NCBI GenBank assembly: GCA_038257035.1 | Contig: JBBSJT010000026.1 | Coordinates: 1 to 23,285 of the forward strand | Origin: Chlamydiia bacterium | GTDB lineage: Bacteria; Chlamydiota; Chlamydiia; Chlamydiales; Parachlamydiaceae | Reading direction: 5' to 3' | DNA length: 23,285 bases | Shown: piece by piece, positions 16,774 to 23,285 of the stretch | Layout of the letters: every line of letters begins with the position of its first letter | How positions within the stretch are numbered: the first letter of the stretch is position 1 | Translations under genes and position numbers: made by a program | The notes under the pieces: generated by a model | Databases searched by the model: none | Seen by the model: only the letters and a program-made list of their open reading frames with translations | What the model was told of the DNA's origin: nothing

Positions 16774-17346
16774 ATGAACCCACTCAATCCACAATCTTCT
16801 CTTGATGCCTTTGAAATTGCCGAGAATTATTTCAAGCGTGAAAATCTTGATTTTCCTTATGTCGCAAAAGCTGATGAAGATAAGTTTGTAAAAATCAGCG
16901 AGGATATCTTTGGAACTCTCGATTCTTTGCCAGCACATTTATATAACATTGAGGCCTATTTAAAAGAGGCCTTATCTTCCAATCAAGATTATGTGCTTTT
17001 TGGAATGGATAAACTTTCCACATTAGGGATGCATTACTATACTGTGAAAGAGCATGTGGCTATTTTTATTCAATTAAATGCGGACCCAAGACTTGAAGAC
17101 CTGCAAGACAGGATTAATGGCATATTTTACGGCGTTTCTTTAATTTTGGAAAAGATTGAGACTGCAAAAAACAATAATCTTATTCCAAAAGATAGCCGTC
17201 TATTTATTTTTGATAGCGATTTTTATGGTCACGGATGGGGATGGATTAAAGGCTGTCCAGGAGAAATTGACAAGAATTTATGGCATGTTGAAAATCCAAT
17301 CCTCATGTCTGCCTTAAACGACATCCCCCTCCCAAAAGAGAGCTAG
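16774..17346 (+). CDS. Acidic hypothetical protein (190 aa), probably co-transcribed with the kinase
   Basis: Starts 20 nt after the kinase stop; AGGAAG RBS. Confidence 0.85.
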   Translation: MNPLNPQSSLDAFEIAENYFKRENLDFPYVAKADEDKFVKISEDIFGTLDSLPAHLYNIEAYLKEALSSNQDYVLFGMDKLSTLGMHYYTVKEHVAIFIQLNADPRLEDLQDRINGIFYGVSLILEKIETAKNNNLIPKDSRLFIFDSDFYGHGWGWIKGCPGEIDKNLWHVENPILMSALNDIPLPKES

Positions 17347-17447
17347 CACTCAGTAATTTTTTACATGTGAGTTCTTAAGAACAATATATAATGCTACTTG
17401 AAAATGAAAAAGTTAAATCCCATTAAACCTATTAATTTAGCACCTTC

Positions 17448-17605
17448 GATTTTTTTTCAGGATATTCAGGATCGCTCCGCTTCGCTTCGCGGCAGGATCA
17501 GGCAGGATAATATCAATCCTTAGTATATCCGTAAGGTTGATATTATCCTGCCTGATCCTGCCGCGAAGCGAAGCGGAGCGATCCTGAATATCCTGAAAAA
17601 AAATC
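17448..17605. repeat. Long palindromic element, family D (CAGGAT units), perfect 69-bp stem
   Basis: 17448-17516 is the exact reverse complement of 17537-17605; 20-nt loop. Confidence 0.97.
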
Positions 17606-17699
17606 ATAAAAGTTATAGAAATGTAACCCTCTCAGCCCATTCAATTGTTTCTCTCTTGATCTCTCTTGCCCTCTGTTGTTAAGAAACCCACAATACTTG

Positions 17700-19337
17700 T
17701 TAGTTGCAAATAGGTTGTAAGGATGTTGATGATGTAGGTGAGGAAGCGTTTTTGAGTGCGGCCTTTAATTCTCGTTCAATATAATAAGCTTCCAAATCAC
17801 GGCCTTGGCCTTTTAAGCTAAGAAAGAGACCAGATAAAAGCCGTCCATTTCTTTGAAGATCTTTTAAGCCTTCATTAAATACAACTTCTGCCTCTTTAAA
17901 TTGCTTCTCTTTTAATAGAGCAAACCCAAGCGATAATCTTGCAGGCATAAAATGCGGAGGCGGCTCATCATAGGTGAGCTTATCTTCTGCAGCTACTGCT
18001 TTTTTCAAAGAATCGATGGCTTCCAATGGAAAGCCTGCCACATTGCTTATTGCGGCATCTAATAATAAATTGGTTAAACCAATGACATTTGCCGCAGGAT
18101 TATTTGAGACCTGTTCCCCTGTAAATTGACTTCTTACCTGAAGCATCCTTTCTTTTTCCTGTTTAGCAGAGCTGAGATTTCCGATATGCGCATAAGCCAT
18201 AGCACGTGCATAGTGCAAATAGGCAACTGCCGGCAGATAATCTGTTTCTAATTTAAAATTAAGAATCTCATTCCATTTATTAAAATAAAGGTACACTTCT
18301 AAAGGAGCAATCAAGTGATAGGCCATGGTTTGCATCGCATCGGCATCTTGTTTTATAAATTCTACAATTTCGAAAGCGGTGTTAATAGCATTACTCTCAT
18401 CTTCCATCAGCATATAAACCCGTTTAAGAACACTTAAATTGTGTGTAAGATAGTGCATCGGATATCTTCCACTTTTTAACCCAAGCTCCTCAATATAAAG
18501 AACATCTTGTGCAATCGCTCTTTTATTAGCCTTTAAAGCTCTTTCATAATCACCGACAATTAAAAATATATGGCTTGGCATATGCAATAAATGTCCTGAT
18601 TCTACAAGAAGATTTTCCAAACGATAGGCTGACATTAATGCCCTTTCAGGGTATTTGGATTCTTCCATTGCATGAATATAATAATGATTGGCCCCGATAT
18701 GATCCGGATTGCGCATTAAAACAAATTCAAGGGCATCTATAGCATCATATGTTCCGGGGTTTGCTTTTCCATCTTTTGTCCACCATTTCCATGGATCTAA
18801 ATCCAAAATACTTTCTGCATATAGAGTTCTGGCATCAAGGTCTTCAGGGTATTTTGCACTAAGCTTTTGCATCGCATTTTTGTAGGAATAACGTAAGGGA
18901 ATTAAGTCGGCTTCTATATCGTTTGTATAGCGTGTAGCTAAAGCTTGAATGTAATCTTGTTCCATTGGGGTGGCATTTTTTTTTAGTTGCAATGCTCTTT
19001 GTATATAATTATAAGCTCTTAGCTCATTTTCGGGTGTAACATCGGCATTGATATTTTGCCCAATAGCCAAAGCCATTCCCCAATAGGCCATTGCAAGGGA
19101 TGGGTCTAAATTGGCAGCATTTTCAAAAGATCTAAACGCGATATCATGGTTAAAGGCGAAAATGTAAGTGAGTCCGCGATCAAAGTTTTTTTGGGCTTCT
19201 TCATTATTTGTAGAAACCGGATGATAAATCTCATTCATGGGTGGAAATAGCTTAAATGCATTTGCGGGAATTTCTGCTTGAAGACCGTTTGCAATAAGAC
19301 ATAAAGAGACTTGAAACATCAGCTTGAAATTACCCAT
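17700..19337 (-). CDS. Secreted TPR-like helical repeat protein with conserved His motifs
   Basis: Signal-peptide-like N-terminus (LQA-EI); FNH..A...F..A..LDP..AMAYWG, HIGANHYYIH, GHLLHMPSHI; GAGGA RBS. Confidence 0.85.
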   Translation of the reverse strand: MGNFKLMFQVSLCLIANGLQAEIPANAFKLFPPMNEIYHPVSTNNEEAQKNFDRGLTYIFAFNHDIAFRSFENAANLDPSLAMAYWGMALAIGQNINADVTPENELRAYNYIQRALQLKKNATPMEQDYIQALATRYTNDIEADLIPLRYSYKNAMQKLSAKYPEDLDARTLYAESILDLDPWKWWTKDGKANPGTYDAIDALEFVLMRNPDHIGANHYYIHAMEESKYPERALMSAYRLENLLVESGHLLHMPSHIFLIVGDYERALKANKRAIAQDVLYIEELGLKSGRYPMHYLTHNLSVLKRVYMLMEDESNAINTAFEIVEFIKQDADAMQTMAYHLIAPLEVYLYFNKWNEILNFKLETDYLPAVAYLHYARAMAYAHIGNLSSAKQEKERMLQVRSQFTGEQVSNNPAANVIGLTNLLLDAAISNVAGFPLEAIDSLKKAVAAEDKLTYDEPPPHFMPARLSLGFALLKEKQFKEAEVVFNEGLKDLQRNGRLLSGLFLSLKGQGRDLEAYYIERELKAALKNASSPTSSTSLQPICN

Positions 19338-19384
19338 ATACGTTCCTCTTGAATTTCATCAATAATATTATTTTTAAGTTTATA

Positions 19385-19507
19385 AGGATTTTAAAGGACT
19401 AAAAGGACTACATTGACAAATCCAACGCCTTGAAGATACTTTCAAGACGGTTAAGTTGCCCTTTTAGTCCTTTTTTCCTTTATGTACTTTTTGTCCTTTA
19501 AAATCCT
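19385..19507. repeat. Long palindromic element, family A, degenerate second copy
   Basis: aggattttaaaggac.../...gtcctttaaaatcct; collinear with 3662-3839 but with a shorter loop. Confidence 0.88.
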
Positions 19508-19516
19508 CTAAAAAGT

Positions 19517-20287
19517 TTATGACAACTCATTGGCACGAACATAAGCGGCGAGGAAGGTGGCCTTAATGCCTTCGTTGACCCCTAGTTCTTCATACTTGTC
19601 CAGACCTGCCCGAGTGGTGCCGTTCGGTGTTGCGATTTGTTTGATTAACTCATCCGTGTCCTTGCCGCTTTTTTCCATCAAATGGACACTCCCCTTCACC
19701 ATTTGCAAAACTAGTTGTGTAGATTCTTGGTTTGTAAAACCCAATTCAACCCCTGCATCAATCATGGATTGGATCATGGAAAAAACAAAACCGGGCCCTG
19801 ATCCTGCAAGAGAGGTGAAGGCGTTCATCTTTTTTTCTTCAAGAAAATGCATTTTTCCAAGCGGTTTAATAAGCTCTACTAATTGTTCATTTTCAAAAGA
19901 ATTTAAAGGCTTATCAATAGATACCCCAAGAAGCCCCTCCCCATAAATCAAGGGAAGATTAGGCATCATGCGCACAATGGTTTGGTATGGAATTTTTTCT
20001 CTTAATTTTTCAATTGAAACTCCAGTCAGAATGCTGATCAGTATTTTATTTTCACAGGTTGTATTTTGAAATAGCTGGCTTGCTTCATCAAAGCTTTGAG
20101 GTTTAACAGCTAAAATAATGATATCGGATTGATTAATAGCCGCCTTTGCATCTTGGCAAGGCAGACCAAATTCTGACAAGGCGTTGCTTTTTTCAATAAA
20201 ATGATCGTAAAGAAAAAGTGTGTGACCTTTTAGACGTGTGGCAAAAGCTTTGCCCATATTGCCGCAGCCAACAATCGTAATCTTCAT
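19517..20287 (-). CDS. proC: Pyrroline-5-carboxylate reductase
   Basis: GCGNMG, LAVKPQ, VRMMPN, GSGPGF, ATPNGTT. Confidence 0.95.
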   Translation of the reverse strand: MKITIVGCGNMGKAFATRLKGHTLFLYDHFIEKSNALSEFGLPCQDAKAAINQSDIIILAVKPQSFDEASQLFQNTTCENKILISILTGVSIEKLREKIPYQTIVRMMPNLPLIYGEGLLGVSIDKPLNSFENEQLVELIKPLGKMHFLEEKKMNAFTSLAGSGPGFVFSMIQSMIDAGVELGFTNQESTQLVLQMVKGSVHLMEKSGKDTDELIKQIATPNGTTRAGLDKYEELGVNEGIKATFLAAYVRANELS

Positions 20288-20335
20288 ACACCCTCTTCTC
20301 TTTTTACTTAAATCGATTTGTAATTAACCTTACTG

Positions 20336-20455
20336 ATTTTTTTAACGCAAAGACGCAAAGGCGCAAAGAATTTAAAATTAAAGTCTTTGCCATCCTAAAA
20401 GTAATTTTATCTTTGCGCCTTTGCGTCTTTTGCAGCTTCTTTGCGTTAAAAAAAT
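20336..20455. repeat. Long palindromic element, family B variant (CGCAAAGA units)
   Basis: atttttttaacgcaaagacgcaaaggcgcaaaga pairs with tctttgcgcctttgcgtc...tctttgcgttaaaaaaat; lies between proA and proC. Confidence 0.9.
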
Positions 20456-20503
20456 TCTAATGTACTTCCAAAACAATCTTTGATACCTAGATGCACATCC
20501 TTG

Positions 20504-21760
20504 CTAACTTCTAGAAGCGTAATCGGCGCTGACTACCCATTTGTAGGATGTTAGCTCAGTTAAGCCCATAGGTCCTCGTGCATGGAGTTTTTGTGTGCTA
20601 ACAGCAATTTCTGCTCCTAAACCAAATTGTCCGCCATCGGTAAAACGGGTGGAAGCATTTACATACACTGCAGCAGAATCTACCGAGTTAACAAAGTGCT
20701 GTGCATTTTGTTGATTATCAGTAAGAATACCATCGCTATGCGCCGTACTGTATTTTCTAATGTGTGCAATTGCTAATTCCAAATCTTTAACAACTTTGAT
20801 GTTAAGCACAAGACTTAACCATTCGGTATCAAAATCTTTGGCCTTTGCAAGCTCATAGACTGCATCGCATTGATTTTTTTTTGCAATAGCATAGCTTTTT
20901 TTATCTAACTTGAAAGTAACTTTGAATTTTGCCAAAAGATTCATGATTTGAGGAATAAAAATTGAGGCATTTTTTTCATGAACGAGCAAAGTATCAAGGG
21001 CATTACACACTGTTGGACGCTGCACTTTTGCATTAAGAATCAGATCCATACTTTTCTCTAAATTGGCAAACTCATCGACAAATAGATGACAAACTCCCAT
21101 TCCACCTGACATCACAGGTATTCTGCTATTTTCAAGACACAAGCGATGTAAATTCGCTCCTCCTCTTGGAATGATCAAGTCGATGGTGTCTTTTAGCCGA
21201 ACCATTTTCTTTATTTCTGCACGATCTCGGCTTTTAATAAGTTGAACGGCAAAAACCGGCAATTTAGCTTTTAGAAGGGCCTCTTGAATCACTTCTGTCA
21301 ATAGAGTATTCGTTCGGAGTGCCTCAGAGCCTCCTCGTAAAAGAGCGCAATTTCCTGATTTGATTGAAAGGGCGGCACAATCTATGGTGACATTTGGACG
21401 AGATTCATAAATAATTCCCAAAACGCCAATAGGAGTTCGTATTTTTTTGATCTTTAATTTTAAATGAGTGCGCTCTTCAAACACAACACCTACAGGATTT
21501 TCTAACTTGATGATTTCTTCGATGCTTGAGCAAATAGCTTCCACACTGTTTTGGATTGACAAACGCTCAATCATCGGTTGGCTTAAAAAGGCTGCCTCAG
21601 CTTCTTGAATATCTTGTAAATTAGCATTTAAAATTTCGTTTTTTCGGCTTTTTAACAGTTCTACAATAAATTGAAGGGCTTGGTTTTTTTGATCGGTTGT
21701 GGCAACAGCCATTTCAAACGTTGCACTTTTAGCATTTTTTGCCAATTCTTTTGTTTCCAT
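20504..21760 (-). CDS. proA: Gamma-glutamyl phosphate reductase
   Basis: PIGVLGIIYESRPNVT, LRGGSEA, IPRGG, VCNALDTLL, NASTRFTDGGQFGLGAE, KLHARGPMGL. Confidence 0.97.
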   Translation of the reverse strand: METKELAKNAKSATFEMAVATTDQKNQALQFIVELLKSRKNEILNANLQDIQEAEAAFLSQPMIERLSIQNSVEAICSSIEEIIKLENPVGVVFEERTHLKLKIKKIRTPIGVLGIIYESRPNVTIDCAALSIKSGNCALLRGGSEALRTNTLLTEVIQEALLKAKLPVFAVQLIKSRDRAEIKKMVRLKDTIDLIIPRGGANLHRLCLENSRIPVMSGGMGVCHLFVDEFANLEKSMDLILNAKVQRPTVCNALDTLLVHEKNASIFIPQIMNLLAKFKVTFKLDKKSYAIAKKNQCDAVYELAKAKDFDTEWLSLVLNIKVVKDLELAIAHIRKYSTAHSDGILTDNQQNAQHFVNSVDSAAVYVNASTRFTDGGQFGLGAEIAVSTQKLHARGPMGLTELTSYKWVVSADYASRS

Positions 21761-22536
21761 TATCCCTTCTTAAATTTTGGTAAGAATGATGTTCCGATCT
21801 TTTTTCCATCGCAAATATCTATAAGAACATTTGGAATTGCAGATGATGCAATCACCGTTAAAGTTCCTGAATCTGTTGCAATTTTTGCAGCCTCAATTTT
21901 TGTGATCATGCCACCCGTTCCACAATGGGTTGAGGGGCCTTTTGCAAGAGAATAAATAGAATCATCAATGCAAGTCACAAGCGGAATTAAAACGGCATCA
22001 GGGTCGAGCCTTGGATCTGCCGTATATAGCCCTTGCTGATCTGTTAGTAAAATCAGTAGGTCTGAGCCTATTAAATCAACAACCAACGCTGCAAGATTAT
22101 CATTATCTCCGACTCGAATTTCTTCTGTGGAAACAGAATCATTTTCATTAATGATTGGAACTATTTTATGTTGAAGCAAACAATTTAACGTCTCTTTTGC
22201 GTTAAGACGTCCTTTCTCATCGGATAAATCAGCTTTGGTAAGAAGTATCTGCCCGACATGAACTTCATGGAGCAAAAATAATTTGGACCATATTTGCATA
22301 AGCTCGACCTGGCCAGTAGCAGCGAACATTTGTTTAAGGGGTAGTGATTGATCAACCGGCGTGAGTCCTAGTAATTCCCTTCCTGCAGCCATTGCCCCTG
22401 ATGAAACCAAAATGACTTCATGCCCAAGAGATTGAAGGAAAACAAGTTGCCTTGTTAGCTCAAGCATATATTTCTGAACAAGTTTTTTACCACCTTGCGT
22501 TAAGGTGCTTGTGCCAACTTTTAAAACAACTCTCAT
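21760..22536 (-). CDS. proB: Glutamate 5-kinase lacking the C-terminal PUA domain; start revised to MRVVLKVGT
   Basis: VLKVGTS, VSSGA, PIINEND, GDNDNLAA, GTGGMITK; TAATG overlap with proA and ATGA overlap with the upstream gene. Confidence 0.95.
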   Translation of the reverse strand: MRVVLKVGTSTLTQGGKKLVQKYMLELTRQLVFLQSLGHEVILVSSGAMAAGRELLGLTPVDQSLPLKQMFAATGQVELMQIWSKLFLLHEVHVGQILLTKADLSDEKGRLNAKETLNCLLQHKIVPIINENDSVSTEEIRVGDNDNLAALVVDLIGSDLLILLTDQQGLYTADPRLDPDAVLIPLVTCIDDSIYSLAKGPSTHCGTGGMITKIEAAKIATDSGTLTVIASSAIPNVLIDICDGKKIGTSFLPKFKKG

Positions 22537-23081
22537 TTTTCTACATATCCAAAAAATTTGCAAACATTTGCAGGTTCAAGCCTGAAATCCTTATGTATGG
22601 CAAAATATTCATGTTCCCTGACAAGATGTAAAGTAAATTCAGTAAAAGATAGAGACTGATCTGTTTTTTTATGAACGATCCGGTAAGTCATCTCTTTAAA
22701 TTCCCTCTTGCAGAATGGGCATGTCACATCCGACTGCTCCTCTATTCTTTCGTCAAGTTCTTTTTCAAGAGAAGTAGATAATTTAGGCACTTGATTATTA
22801 TTTTTCAGCACATAATTATACCAATCTTCATGATTTTCAATCTTTTCATCAACCAGTTGCTTTTTTACTATATGATGAAGCTTTTCTCCCAATTCTTTCG
22901 GGGTCGTATTAAACTTTTGCAAATACTCAGCATCTTCGCGAGCTGTTTTTCTTTTCAAATGCCACTCTGTTGCCACTGTGCTTTCTGAATATTTCTTTAA
23001 GGAATCGCTTCTCTTGTAAAAGTTTAAGCAAGCTTCATCATTCAACTGCAAAAAACTTCCTATGGCAGAATAATCGTTCAT
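22533..23081 (-). CDS. Hypothetical protein with CxxC...HxxxxH motif (182 aa), translationally coupled to proB
   Basis: AAGGGGA RBS; CPFC and HLVREH; its stop overlaps the proB start. Confidence 0.8.
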   Translation of the reverse strand: MNDYSAIGSFLQLNDEACLNFYKRSDSLKKYSESTVATEWHLKRKTAREDAEYLQKFNTTPKELGEKLHHIVKKQLVDEKIENHEDWYNYVLKNNNQVPKLSTSLEKELDERIEEQSDVTCPFCKREFKEMTYRIVHKKTDQSLSFTEFTLHLVREHEYFAIHKDFRLEPANVCKFFGYVEK

Positions 23082-23239
23082 AAATCCCCTTAAATTCTAT
23101 GATTTAGCCTAGTTTAGGAAAAAAAAGATTTAAGTAGTAGGGAATTCTAGACATTGCTCACCCTAAAGAAAGCTAAACATAATATTTCGATGCAACTTGA
23201 AAGTAAAAATTTAAACCCTCTAAAATCTATAACATCTTC

Positions 23240-23285
23240 GATTTTTTTTACAGGATATGCAGGATCGCTAACGCGGCAGGATCGC
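23240..23285. repeat. Left arm of a second family D element, truncated by the window edge
   Basis: gat(t)n-acaggatatgcaggatcgct...cgcggcaggatc matches the arm starting at 17448; the upstream flank is also homologous. Confidence 0.85.

Noticed and set aside
5294..22988. Other short antisense ORFs in the track (e.g. 5294-5596, 5971-6222, 9240-9527, 16003-16299, 19557-19946, 21671-21955)
   Set aside because: They lie opposite well-supported genes, with no recognisable motifs.
3662..23285. Repeats as a CRISPR array or as ordinary rho-independent terminators
   Set aside because: There are no regularly spaced direct repeats with unique spacers and no cas genes. The stems are very long and are followed by A-tracts rather than U-tracts on both strands.

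Overview
AT-rich bacterial window. Gene content and the many low-complexity, effector-like N-termini suggest a host-associated lineage such as environmental Chlamydiae (inference only). From left to right it holds: a tandem array of five paralogous ~200-aa hydrophobic proteins with an internal duplication and mosaic relationships; an SDR; a general-stress cluster (17M-like membrane protein, BON lipoprotein, small acidic protein, SDR, YciF ferritin-like); nagZ; a large protein with a beta-propeller-like C-terminus; menC; a small secreted protein; an 807-aa atypical PI3/PI4-kinase-fold effector candidate with a closely linked partner gene; a secreted TPR protein; and the proline genes (hypothetical-proB-proA, proC). 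The most striking non-genic signal is a set of at least seven 120-230 bp palindromic elements in four sequence families. All are built alike: an outer T-tract (usually GATTTT), arms of 8-12 bp purine-rich tandem units and a variable loop, and every complete copy sits at a gene 3' end. Their T/A-tract polarity is the reverse of an intrinsic terminator, and one copy supplies the last 22 codons of menC. No rRNA, tRNA, CRISPR array or transposase was seen.
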